A stretch of 42,596 nucleotides of DNA from Octopus bimaculoides (GCF_001194135.2 NC_068995.1:6618610-6661205), one strand, 5' to 3'; positions 10,663 through 21,137 are shown, counted from the stretch's first letter. Notes: generated by a model not told the origin, from the letters alone. Numbers and translations: made by a program.

Positions 10663-10924
10663 ATTATATTCATAGTATATCTTTTTATATTATGATATAA
10701 ATAAATTACTGGATTGTCAATTGTATCTCTCTATTTAATTAGTTTTTTTTAAAATTTGCATTCTACACATATTTACGTGGTATTTAACCGACGTACCAGT
10801 GAATTGGATGTTTTACACACGCCTTTGAAAGAATTCTTTTCCTTTGCTTGTTACCTTATATATGTGTATATGTGTATGTGTGTGTATCTGTGCGTGTGTG
10901 TATGTCTATCTATATCCCTATATG

Positions 10925-10976
10925 CATTCTTTCATATGTTTCAGCTCAAAGACTGTGGCCATGCTGGAGCACCGCC
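10925..10976 (-). mobile_element. Retroposon 3' tail (shared ~45-nt tail)
   Basis: Minus strand GGCGGTGCTCCAGCATGGCCACAGTCTTTGAGCTGAAACATATGAAAGAATG; the same tail occurs at 13495-13545, 19150-19192, 20169-20195 and 41515-41556. Confidence 0.8.
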
Positions 10977-10991
10977 AGAAAGATTTCATAA

Positions 10992-11064
10992 TGTCCTGGG
11001 TGGGTTCGAACCAATATCCATTCGGTTAACAACCGAAATTGCTAACCGACTGTGCCACAGAGAC
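10992..11064 (-). pseudogene. tRNA-Asn(GTT) pseudogene
   Basis: GTCTCTGTGGCACAGTCGGTTAGCAATTTCGGTTGTTAACCGAATGGATATTGGTTCGAACCCACCCAGGACA aligns with the conserved metazoan tRNA-Asn. The anticodon stem TTCGG/CCGAA and GTT (11030-11028) are intact; the D-stem, T-stem and acceptor stem (1-nt deletion) are damaged. Confidence 0.85.
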
Positions 11065-11090
11065 GTTAGCATATTTGTACATATATATGC

Positions 11091-11132
<42 letters not shown>

Positions 11133-11921
11133 TGGCAGACAGGAAGACAGGCAGGCAAGCACACAGACAGACACACCGACACACAGACAGACACACCGAC
11201 ACACAGACAGTTGGGTGTGTCAGTGTTTTTTTAATTTCTGTTTCGTTGTAAATGTTTGCTTACAATATTTTCTATCATAATACATCAATCTATAAATTTA
11301 CTTCAACAACATTTGCCGTCTTGACAATGTGACAACATTATTACCGTTGTTTTGTCTTACCTTACATCACACATACACACATAAACACGTGCTCCATTTC
11401 TCTGTCATTCTTTCTCTCTTTCCTTCTTACCCTCTCTCTGTCTTCCTCTATCACATTAACTTATCCATTCACACATACACAAACACACACACATTTTCTC
11501 TCACACTGACTCTATGATGCTGGTGTACCTTTGTGAATTTTATTTTAAGCTAATGTATATAAACATATTTATCTTTTCTGAGAATGTGAATGAATAACGA
11601 GTAAAAGGAGGGAAAATATATATGGTATTTTATGCTTTATGAAACAGACATGCGTTTCAGTAAATTACTGCCAGGATTACGTAACTGCTTGTTTGCATAT
11701 ATACATATATTCTTGCTAAAACGCCTCTTCGGTGTTTAACAAAATTACAATTAATGGTGTTAAGCGCTCAATATATATTCCTGTTAAGCAAATTATCAAA
11801 ATCATCATCAGTGGTACAATGAAGTAAGAGACAAACAAATCGATCGCAGACGTTCGTGACCTCGCCTTCCGATATCCAAATGGGCACAACCATGGCATTG
11901 GCCAATAAATAAATAAACAAA

Positions 11922-11922
11922 C

Positions 11923-11989
<67 letters not shown>
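11922..11989. repeat. (ATT)n microsatellite
   Basis: Direct reading. Confidence 0.95.
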
Positions 11990-12020
11990 GGACATTGCTC
12001 ACATGACTGTAAAACTGTTA

Positions 12021-12247
12021 AGGCGGCGAGCTGGCAGAATCGTTGGCACGCCGGGACGAATGCTTAGCAACAATTTGACCGTCTGCATGTTCTGAGTTCA
12101 AATTCCGCCGTAGTTGACTTTGCCTTTCATCATTTCGGGGCTGATAAATTAAGTACCAGTAGATGTAAACGACATACCCCTAGGGTCGATGTAGTCGACA
12201 TACCCCTGCCCCAAAAATTTCAGGCCTTGTGCCTATAGTAGAAAGGA
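12021..12247 (+). mobile_element. SINE family A full-length copy
   Basis: AGGCGGCGAGCTGGCAGAATCGTTGGC (A-box) ... GAGTTCAAATTCCGCC (B-box) ... GGCCTTGTGCCTATAGTAGAAAGG then (ATT)n; internal duplication of GATGTA..CGACATACCCCT at 12162-12207. Confidence 0.92.
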
Positions 12248-12300
12248 TTATTATTATTGTTGTTGTTGTTGTTGTTGTTGCTGTTGTTTTTGCTGTTGTC

Positions 12301-12371
<71 letters not shown>

Positions 12372-12396
12372 CATTATCACTACTACTACTACTACA

Positions 12397-12434
<38 letters not shown>

Positions 12435-12435
12435 C
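12247..12435. repeat. Compound (ATT)/(GTT)/(ACT) trinucleotide array grown from the SINE tail
   Basis: Direct reading. Confidence 0.92.
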
Positions 12436-12711
12436 ACTTGTATTAAGGAGTTTTTAATCGACCACAGACAATATCTCCCTCTCTCTAGAGACATTGCTGT
12501 ATTATTCGTTATTCCGTTAATAATACTTCCTCCTTATCTGCCATCTCACTTTAATCAGATCAGACACATTTGTTTTTCTTTTTTATCCTCAAAAACAGGG
12601 GCAACGACCAAAATGGGGCGGCGAAAGAGACATCGAATTCTCTTTTTCTTTCCTTCCGTGAGAAAATTTATTAATTTTCGTGTTCCGTCCTGACGTCAAA
12701 AGTGTTGCTCA

Positions 12712-13320
12712 TGTTTATAACGACGGTGTTGATGCTGGTGTTTATAATGATGTTTATGATGGTACTTATGATGATGTTGACGTTTTATGATGTGGCTTAT
12801 GATGCTGATCTTGTTTATGATGATGTTTATAACGTTGATGTTTATTTTACTGATGTTGGTGATTGTATAAATGATGATGATTACGATGATCTTGATGGTT
12901 AAGAAAGTGATGCTTATGATGAGATTTATGATACTGATGTTGTTCATAATGATGTTTAAGATGATGTTTATGATGATGATGCTAATGTTTATGATGGTGC
13001 TTATGATGTTGTTGATGCTAATCATGAGATTTATGATGATGATGTCTATGATGATGTTTAAGATGATGCTGATATTTATACTGTTGCTGTTGATGATTAT
13101 ATCGATGATGATGTTTCTGTAGAATGTTGAAGTTGATGACGTTGATGCTGATGTTAATACTGCTGTTTATGTAGATGTTTATGATGACGATGATGATGTT
13201 GATGTTGACGATGTTGATGATTATGATGATACTTATGATGGTGATTTCAGAGTTGTTAATCTTGATGGTCATGTTGATGGTTATAGTTTTGTTGTTGTTG
13301 TTGTTGTTGCTCATGCTGCT
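12712..13320. repeat. Degenerate (GAT)n-derived cryptic repeat
   Basis: About 600 bp of GAT/GTT/TTT/GCT triplets with recurrent GATGTTTATGAT. Confidence 0.85.
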
Positions 13321-13340
13321 GAAAGTATGTATATATGCAT

Positions 13341-13545
13341 ATGTCTGTCCTGGCACCGCTTGATAACCAGTGTTGCTTTGTTTATGTCCACGCCATTTAG
13401 CGATTCGGTAAAAGAGTCTGGTATAATAAGTACCAGACTTTTTTTAAAAAAAGTAAGTATTGGGGTGAAATTGTTCCAATAAAACACCCCAAAGCAGTGC
13501 CCCAGCATGGGCGCAGCCGAATGACTGAAAGAAGTATAAAAATAA
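13341..13545 (+). mobile_element. SINE family C 3' half (body plus shared tail)
   Basis: CGCTTGATAACC...TTTATGTCC...TTAGCGATTCGGTAAAAGAG...ATAAGTAC...GCAGTGCCCCAGCATGGGCGCAGCCGAATGACTGAAA; reverse-complement homologues at 20169 and 25130. Confidence 0.8.
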
Positions 13546-13649
13546 ATGAGACCGAGTTGACATTTATATCCACTTGGAGTGACACTTGGATGGGAAAACG
13601 GAGAAATGGTGTGAACAGGTACTAAATGCGGTCCATGACAATGATCTAC

Positions 13650-13939
13650 CCATAATAATCTAGAACAATAATTGTCCAAACTGACAGAGATCAAAACAAC
13701 TTGCCAGATATAATTAGGGATCCGTTCTATAATTTCTATAATTTCGATTCGTTCTCACTGAAATGTAGCCAGAAAGGAGGTGGAGAAGCTATCGGAGTAA
13801 AGGATGTTCACATGGAAACAGACAGGGAATAAACCTACATACAATACCGATAATAATTGGAGCAGTGGATGTGACAAAGAGGAATTTAGACAAAGTCATA
13901 GAGCCTATTCTAGGCCTTGCAATTCTACACACTATCCCA
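13650..13939 (+). pseudogene. R4/Dong-clade LINE RLE fragment (third, divergent copy)
   Basis: Frameshifted VQTDRDQNNLPDII ... ARKEVEKLSE*KD ... LHTIPIIIGAVDVTKRNLDKVIEPILG (TIPIIIGAV at 13841-13867). Confidence 0.7.
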
Positions 13940-14007
13940 ATTGATATATTTCTTCTTTAACCTGTTTTGTACTTGGTGAAAATATATTAGTATTAAGATA
14001 AATCTCT

Positions 14008-14224
14008 AAGGAGGCGAACTGGCCGAATCGTCACCACACCAGACAAAATGCTTAGCGGCATTTACCGTGATTTTACGTTCTGAGTTTAAATCCCGCCAAG
14101 ATGAATATTTTTATTTTATTTTATTTTTTTCCTTTTATCCTTTCAGAATCGATAAAATAAATGCCAATCGAGCACTAGGGTTGGTGTAATCGACTTCTGG
14201 CCTTGTGCCAAAATTTGAAACCAA
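14008..14224 (+). mobile_element. SINE family A copy
   Basis: GGAGGCGAACTGGCCGAATCG ... CGTTCTGAGTTTAAATCCCGCC ... GGCCTTGTGCCAAAATTTGAAACC. Confidence 0.88.
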
Positions 14225-14247
14225 CTTTAAGATTTAATCTCAACTCA

Positions 14248-14446
14248 AAGGCGGCGAATACGCAGAATCATTGCTACAATGGACTAAGTGTCTAGCGACA
14301 TTTCTTCCGGGTTTGGCTTTACGTTCTGAGTTAAGATCCAACTGACGACGACTTTTCCTTTCATTCTTTCGTGCTGTGGCACCGATGTAATCGATTAACA
14401 CTCTTCTTCCCCAGAATTCCAGGCTTTCTGCCTGTTGTACAAAAAA
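14248..14446 (+). mobile_element. SINE family A copy (diverged)
   Basis: AAGGCGGCGAATACGCAGAATC ... TTACGTTCTGAGTT ... CGATGTAATCGA ... CAGGCTTTCTGCC. Confidence 0.8.
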
Positions 14447-14585
14447 CGATTTCTCCACTTTATCACAGCTGTCTTCTTTGCCGATAAAACATGTACCAAT
14501 CATACGTTGTGATATATAAATAGCGAATAATGTCGAAACTTCCTTCCTTGCATAAACGGTCTTTTGTCTTTTACTAACTCCATGT

Positions 14586-14799
14586 CGGTTTCAAATTCTA
14601 ACACAAGGCCTGCAAGTTCGAGGTTGAGAGCAAGTTGATTGCATCAACGCCAGTGATCAACTTGTAATTGTCTTATCGACCCCCGAAGGGATGAAAGACA
14701 AAGTAGAACCCGGTGGCTTTTGAACTCTGCACGTTAAGTCAAAAGGAATGCCGCTAAGTATTTTGTCCGACGTGCTAACGATTTTGCCAGCTCGCCGCA
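14586..14799 (-). mobile_element. SINE family A full-length copy
   Basis: Plus strand: GGTTTCAAATT..CACAAGGCC ... GGATGAAAGACAAAG ... TTTGAACTC ... GTGCTAACGATTTTGCCAGCTCGCCGC. Confidence 0.88.
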
Positions 14800-14815
14800 T
14801 TCACAAGCTCAGGAA

Positions 14816-14978
14816 TATTGATTTCAAATTTTAGCCCAGGGCCAGCAATTTCGATGGAGGGGGTAAGTCGATTACATCGACCCCAGTACTCAACTAGTGC
14901 TTATTTCACCGACCCCGAAAAGGATGAAAGGCAAAGTCGACCTCAGCGGAATTTGAACTCAGAACGTAAAGATAGATG
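14816..14978 (-). mobile_element. SINE family A copy (5'-truncated)
   Basis: GTAAGTCGATTACATCGACCCCAGT ... GGATGAAAGGCAAAGTCGACCTCAGCGGAATTTGAACTCAGAACGTAAAG. Confidence 0.9.
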
Positions 14979-15039
14979 TACAAACTCGGAAATATTGATT
15001 ATAATAAATAATTCTAAGTATGGATAATGAGGGGACGAG

Positions 15040-15196
15040 AAAGACGCTTTGTATCTTTTAATTATGTCCCCTTATGCTCTGAATTCAAATCCTGCAACAC
15101 TGAACTTTTAAAAATACCAGCGGAATACGGAGGATCATTTAACTGATTTTATCATCCCGCTAAAATCTTCTAGCCTTGTGCCAAATTTAGAAATCC
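15040..15196 (+). mobile_element. SINE family A, highly degenerate copy
   Basis: TTATGCTCTGAATTCAAATCC ... AAATACCAG ... GCCTTGTGCCAAATTTAGAAA. Confidence 0.6.
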
Positions 15197-15910
15197 TTGT
15201 TAAAACAAATTTCTTTCGAAATTAACTGCCAATCAAATTTTCAACTAACTGCCAATCATTTAATGGCATCAAATGTTATTCCAAAGTGTTTCCATAGATT
15301 ATCCCAATAATCTTTTAAGCTTTTGACATCGTAATATTAGCAAATATTTGATAAGCATCCGTCCACAAAAGTTGATGTTGTTTGAAATAAATAACCGTGT
15401 ACCTAGAGACAAGCAAAATTTAAGATTATCCAAATGAAGAGATAACAAATATATTTTCATTATTCAAACGCAGCCGGGTTTTTTAAACTTGATATTTATC
15501 CTTTCGATGCACTCAATGAACACCGGTGATCTGCAATAACACATCACAGGCTCAGCAGAGCTGATGACGAAAGCAAATTGGTGCAATCTTATAAGCAGTA
15601 ATTACCTACCGTTTGGTGCATATATTTATATAATCACGCACATGTATTAGCGTCAAATCTCTTTCTTAAATATAAAAATTGAAAAATTTGGATATATATA
15701 TATATATATGTAGTTTAGGACAGTCAGTAAGTTATCATAATAGTACTCGGAGTTTCAAATGCCGGAGCAAATAGCGACGATGCATTCTCGTCGGCTATTA
15801 ATGTCAATAGATGCTATGAAAAACCATTGAATAAAAGACAGGTTACTCTAATATGTAGCAAAAAATATAAAAGACAAAAAAATACACGCAACCATATTTG
15901 CATAATACAT

Positions 15911-16039
15911 AGACGCAGGAGTGGTTATGTGGTAAGTAGCTTGCTTACCAACCACGTGGTTCCGGGTTCAGTCCCACTGCGTAGCATCTTAGGCAAGTGT
16001 CTTCTGCTATAGCCTCGGGCCGACCAAACTCTTGTGAGT
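15911..16039 (+). mobile_element. SINE family C 5' head (tRNA-Gly-like)
   Basis: GACGCAGGAGTGGTTATGTGGTAAG (A-box) ... GGGTTCAGTCCC (B-box), then CATCTTAGGCAAGTGTCTT, a CORE-like central motif. Confidence 0.8.
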
Positions 16040-16093
16040 TATAGGCTTAGTGGAACAGGATCGACCCAGGTCTAAACAACAATAACGTCGTTT

Positions 16094-16273
16094 TGTATAC
16101 TTGTGTATTTATCGCTTGGTGTGTATATGTTTTTGCATGTGTCACTGAGTATGTATAGGCTTGTGCATTTATTGCGCTATGCCCGTGTGTTTATGTATGT
16201 GTGTCGGCATTCATATGTGTGTATTTTTACAGCTATGTGTGTGGGGTGGTGTCTTCATGTGTATGTTTAGCTA
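16094..16273 (+). repeat. ~180-bp dispersed direct repeat, copy 1
   Basis: TACTTGTGTATTTATCGCTTGGTGTGTAT...TGTCACTGAGTATGTATA... matches 17834-18019. Confidence 0.9.
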
Positions 16274-16298
16274 AATTGTCAATCTGTATATCCTATTT

Positions 16299-16329
<31 letters not shown>

Positions 16330-16336
16330 GGTTTTG

Positions 16337-16719
16337 AAAGCCTTCTAAACTGCTGTAGTTGTCTCGAGAAAGCATCTCTTATACACGTATAGTGTTACAA
16401 AACAGAAATATATCGGCAGCAGGAGGTAGAGTAACTCCCAGCAGCGGTGTCTGCATTGCTAGATCTGGGTTTCTGTGTTTTAGGGCTTCATCAATAACGA
16501 GTGTCCACTGGCACCACATGCTAAGCAAAAATTGGTTGTTTACTGAAATAGCTAAACAGTGACTGAAAGATCACTGATGTCGCATTTAGCAGGCAAATAG
16601 AATAAAAATTCATTGTTAGCGACGGATGCAATATTACTTCAAATAAGCAATCAATCTACCATTCTGAAGCATATCGCTAAAAGTCTTCTAAACTGCGGTA
16701 TTGTCTCGAGAAAACATCT
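16337..16719 (+). repeat. Pair of ~41-bp direct repeats flanking ~300 bp of unique sequence
   Basis: AAAGCCTTCTAAACTGCTGTAGTTGTCTCGAGAAAGCATCT (16337-16377) versus AAAGTCTTCTAAACTGCGGTATTGTCTCGAGAAAACATCT (16680-16719). Confidence 0.9.
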
Positions 16720-17005
16720 ACCAAAACAAAACACAGAAATATTGTTTTATAAGTGACTTAATATTGACACGATCGTGCAACCTGATAGTTTGTATTTGTG
16801 AAGTCATCGATCACATCTGATTCTCAATGTTTTTCCAAATAATATTTGGATTTCCTTACTTTTGCTATTTCTGTTAATTTTTTTTTTTGCTGTTATTTTT
16901 TATGATTTAATTTTTTCCTTTAATTTCACGTTTAATTTTATCTTAAATCTATTGTTTGCTGTTTTGTATGGGGGGACGGTTGTGTGTTTGTGTTCATGTT
17001 TGTAT

Positions 17006-17059
<54 letters not shown>

Positions 17060-17833
17060 CCATGTGGATGTTTACATGTGTGTGTTTGTGAGTCTGTATA
17101 CGTACGCTTATGTTTGCATGTTTATGTTGCAGGTGCGTGTCTGTGTGTGTGTATGCATACAGTAGTAGGTATGTGTGCACGTACGAATGCTTGTATATGT
17201 TTGGTGCGGCTGTGTGTAAAGTGTGTGAGTATGTTTCCTGTGTATGCGTGTAAGTGCTTGTGTGTACATGCCTACGTGTGTGTGTGTGTGTGCGTGTGTG
17301 TGTGTATGTGCGCGTTCTATTTTCGTTCTTCGGTTTCTTCGTTGTCTCCTAGTTTCGTTGATGTTATTACAGCGTCGACGCTACAAGTTACACTGAGATG
17401 TTCACTGTTGTTATTGTTGTTGTTGTTGTTGTTGTTTTCTTGCTGTCACAGTAGTCATGGTGGACGACGTGATCAGAGTGGTAATACAAGTTTGTTTTAT
17501 TTTGTTTTATTGCGTTGGTAGGGATTAGTTGGCGAGTGGAGGTGGTCGGGCGGGAGCGTTAGTTATTTTAACATGGCTGCTGTTGATTTTTCGCTTCTTT
17601 CCTTTTCTTCACTAAACTTTTCATACAACACCTGATACAATTGGGACCTTAAGTTTATTTTTTACCGCACATCCGGCTTTATCCAGCATTTTTTTTAAAC
17701 CTAAAAATAATCCCTTCTTTGTTTTCTCAATTATCGGTGTGGGTGTGGGTGTGTGCGTGTGTATAGTTATGTGTGTGTATTTATGCATTTATGTGTGTGT
17801 GCATGTGTGTGTGTATGTGTGTGTGTGTGTGTA

Positions 17834-18019
17834 TGTGTACTTGTGTATTTATCGCTTGGTGTGTATGTGTTTTTGCGTGTGTCACTGAGTATGTATAAGC
17901 TTGTATATTTATTGCGTTATGTCCGTTTGTTTATGCATGTGTCAGCGTTCGTATGTGTGTATTTTTGCAGGTATATGTGTGTGTGTGTGTGTGTGTGTCT
18001 TTATGTGTATGTCTAGCTA
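17834..18019 (+). repeat. ~180-bp dispersed direct repeat, copy 2
   Basis: See 16094-16273; offset 1740 bp. Confidence 0.9.
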
Positions 18020-18152
18020 TGCATCTATATGTGTGCTTCTATATTTATCTCATTGTGTCTATGTATTCATGTGTGTGTCGTTGTGCATTTGTGTGTATTT
18101 GTACAACTATAATATATGCGTGTTTGTACGTGTATGTATGTATGTATGCATC

Positions 18153-18184
<32 letters not shown>

Positions 18185-18318
18185 TGCTTATGCATCAATG
18201 TATATGTGATTGCGTGTTTCTCTCTTTGTGCCTTCATGTATGCATGTGTATGCGTGTGTATGTGTGTATTTGTACAGTGTGTATGCTAGCATGCATGTAC
18301 GTCTATTTACTTACGCGC

Positions 18319-18393
<75 letters not shown>

Positions 18394-18739
18394 NNNNNNN
18401 NNNNNNNNNNNNNNNNNNNNNNNNNNNNNNNNNNNNNNNNNNNNNNNNNNNNNNNNNNNNNNNNNNNNNNNNNNNNNNNNNNNNNNNNNNNNNNNNNNNN
18501 NNNNNNNNNTTTTGTGCAACAACAAACGTTGCTTCCCAACTCTTTCTCTTTCTGTGCAGACGTGTTTCCTATCATGTCTATACGTGTGTGTCTGGTGTAG
18601 CTGCTGTGTGGCTGTGTACAACTTCGGAGCTGTCCAATTACTTGTTATGCTTCTCTCTATATAAATGCGTGGCTGCGTCTAAGAGTGGCCATTTTTATTT
18701 TATTTTGGGATTCTGGGCGATGTTTAAATTAATTTGTTG

Positions 18740-18817
18740 CCGCTGCTGCTGTTGTTGCTGCTGTTGCGTCCGTTGTTGATATTACTTCTATTGTTGTTGC
18801 TGTTGTTGTTGTTGTTG

Positions 18818-18848
<31 letters not shown>

Positions 18849-19004
18849 TGTCGTTGATTCCGCTTTTGATTCAATTACTGAAGTTAATGCCGCCGCTGGC
18901 GCTCATGATGATAGTGATAACAATGATGATGATGATGATGACGACGAATGATGACGATGAAGACGATAACGACGCTGGTGATGATGATTACCGTAATGAT
19001 TCTG

Positions 19005-19036
<32 letters not shown>

Positions 19037-19065
19037 GGTGGTGTTGGTGGTGGTGGTGGTGGTGG
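18740..19065. repeat. Compound GCT/GTT/GAT/GAC/GGT trinucleotide mosaic
   Basis: Direct reading; explains the poly-L/M/D/V/G ORF. Confidence 0.9.
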
Positions 19066-19191
19066 CCTTTTATTTCATCTCCCGTTTATACTATAACACC
19101 TCGTGCACACACACAGAGTAGTATAAATTGTTGTTATCGCTTATCTTTTATCCTTTGTTTGTTTCACTCATTAGACTGTGGCCATGCTGGG

Positions 19192-19356
19192 GAATGTTTA
19201 AGTCATGCAGGCCTGGTCAACCATCAAAGAGGCCACAAGAATCAAACCCTTGTAAATTATGATACAGTTGTTGTTGACAACAGAACATCTGCAACATATG
19301 GAAAGATGTGCCGTTCAGTTGGAGGAATAAAATGACATGTCAAAAGACTTCATACT
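19192..19356 (+). pseudogene. Decayed two-finger C2H2-like fragment (RTE-type LINE C-terminus or ZNF pseudogene)
   Basis: ECLSHAGLVNHQRGH ... YGKMCRSVGGIK*HVKRLH shows the spacing of two CxxxxGLxxHxxxH fingers; in-frame TGA, and the first Cys residues are lost. Confidence 0.55.
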
Positions 19357-19362
19357 GTTTCA

Positions 19363-19502
19363 CTAGTACTTAATTTATCGACCCCGAAAGGATGAAAGGC
19401 AAAGCTGACCTCGGTGGAATTTAAACACAGAACGTAGCGACGGGCGAAATACTGCTAAGAATTTTGTCCAACGTACTAACGATTCTGTCACCTCGCCGCC
19501 TA
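19363..19502 (-). mobile_element. SINE family A copy (5' half)
   Basis: TAGTACTTAATTTATCGACCCCGAAAGGATGAAAGGCAAAG ... CTAACGATTCTGTCACCTCGCCGCCT. Confidence 0.9.
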
Positions 19503-19515
19503 ATGCAAAGTGTCA

Positions 19516-19737
19516 TTTCTTTTCTTTTCTACTCTAGGTACAAGGCCTGAAATTTTAGGGAAGGGGTCAGTCGATTGGATTGACCGCAGTACGCAAATGG
19601 TTCTTAATTCTTCGGCCCCGAAAGGATGAAAGGCAAAGATGACCTCGGCGGAATTTGAACTCAGAACGTAACGGCAGACGAAATACCGCTGAGCATTTCA
19701 CCCGGCGTGCTAACGACTCTGCCACCTCGTCGCCTTA
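19516..19737 (-). mobile_element. SINE family A full-length copy with a ~15-bp target-site duplication
   Basis: Complete head-to-tail match; flanks AATGCAAAGTGTCAT (19502-19516) and TATGCAAAGCGTCAA (19736-19750). Confidence 0.92.
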
Positions 19738-20034
19738 TGCAAAGCGTCAATTCCGACGTTGCAACGAATCTGCTAGAAGTAGCGCCATTTGAGTGTCTAT
19801 TATTTGTAAATGATTTATTTAATCATGTCTTAAATCATTGCTTGTGTCAGTCTAAATTTTCTAATTGTTCCTTAATTTAAATCTGAAGTCTCGTGAGACA
19901 AACATTATCAATGAGAGCTTAATCGATCATCAATTATATTTTTTTCGTTGCGAATTAACTTTTCAATGATCTCTGACTTATTGGTAGGGCACTGGCAACT
20001 AACTAAATCGTTAATAAAGTGCGCGCGCAGCGTG

Positions 20035-20035
20035 T

Positions 20036-20079
<44 letters not shown>

Positions 20080-20087
20080 TAGTAGTG

Positions 20088-20124
<37 letters not shown>

Positions 20125-20152
20125 CGGTGGTGGTGGTGGTGGTGGTGGTGGT
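20035..20152. repeat. (GCA)n-(GTA)n-(GGT)n compound array
   Basis: Direct reading. Confidence 0.95.
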
Positions 20153-20168
20153 ATTTTACCTTTGAATT

Positions 20169-20320
20169 GGTTCAGTCAGTGGACTGCGGCCATGTTGTAG
20201 CAATGGTACTTATTCTACCGGTCTCTTTTGCCTAACCATTAAGTTACGGAGTGTAAACAAACCAGCACCGTTTGTCAAGTGGTAGATGAGAAAAACACAA
20301 TCACAAAGACACACACGCAT
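20169..20320 (-). mobile_element. SINE family C 3' half with internal deletion
   Basis: Plus strand: TTCAGTCAGTGGACTGCGGCCATG ... GTACTTATTCTACCGGTCTCTTTTGCC ... AAGTTACGG ... GTTTGTCAAG. Confidence 0.8.
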
Positions 20321-20789
20321 AGACTTACATATATGTGTGTGTGTGTGTGTGCGTGTATGTATACATACGCACATACTTATACATACATATCTATAAATAC
20401 ATATTTATGCATACATATATGACATACGTATATGTATGTGTATATATGTATGTGCATATGTGCATGTGTGGAAGTGTGTGTATGTATCTCAAATCTGAAC
20501 GTGTTGTTTCACTTGCACGTGTGCATGTATCTGTCGGTTTGTCTCTCTGTCTGTCTCTCTCTGTTTATCTGTCTGTGTATTTATGAACGACAATGTAAGT
20601 GTAACAGGATTGATAAAGATGTCAGAGCGAAAAGAAGTCCATTTCAGTCTGCTCACGTAAAAGCCAGATCTTTTAAGTACTTAGACGTCAACAATACTAT
20701 TGTAAGAAGTCTTCACTTGGCTGGCTTCTTTGATGTGATTTCCGTCATCATTTACAGCACTGACTAGTGACACTCTTGGCATCGTGCAT

Positions 20790-20835
20790 TAATAACAATA
20801 ACAATAATAATAACAATAATAATAATAACAACAAC

Positions 20836-20886
<51 letters not shown>
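20790..20886. repeat. (AAT)/(AAC) microsatellite
   Basis: Direct reading. Confidence 0.95.
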
Positions 20887-20888
<2 letters not shown>

Positions 20889-21137
20889 CATACAAATTTT
20901 GTAGAGGTGAAACGAGGAGAAAATCTTGAGTATAGCGTAAAAATACTTACTTAGCAACGTAATGAGGAAATGGATGAAATTATAATTTGGCCGGCTTTGT
21001 CTAACATCAAGACAGGATCTAGGTGGTACTTCTTCTAATATATGCACTTACCCACGCAACCACACACATATGTAGTATCTAGCTCTTTGCATACATATAC
21101 GCGTAAATAGACGTATACATATGTCCACACACACACA

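Noticed and set aside
12871-13363. Met-rich ORFs as possible reflectin-like proteins
   Set aside because: No reflectin motif (M/FDx5MDx5MD with Y/R/W/P richness); the composition is explained by degenerate (GAT)n.
15558-15575. CTGATGA-C-GAAA as a hammerhead
   Set aside because: There is no room for stem II and no convincing stems I/III.
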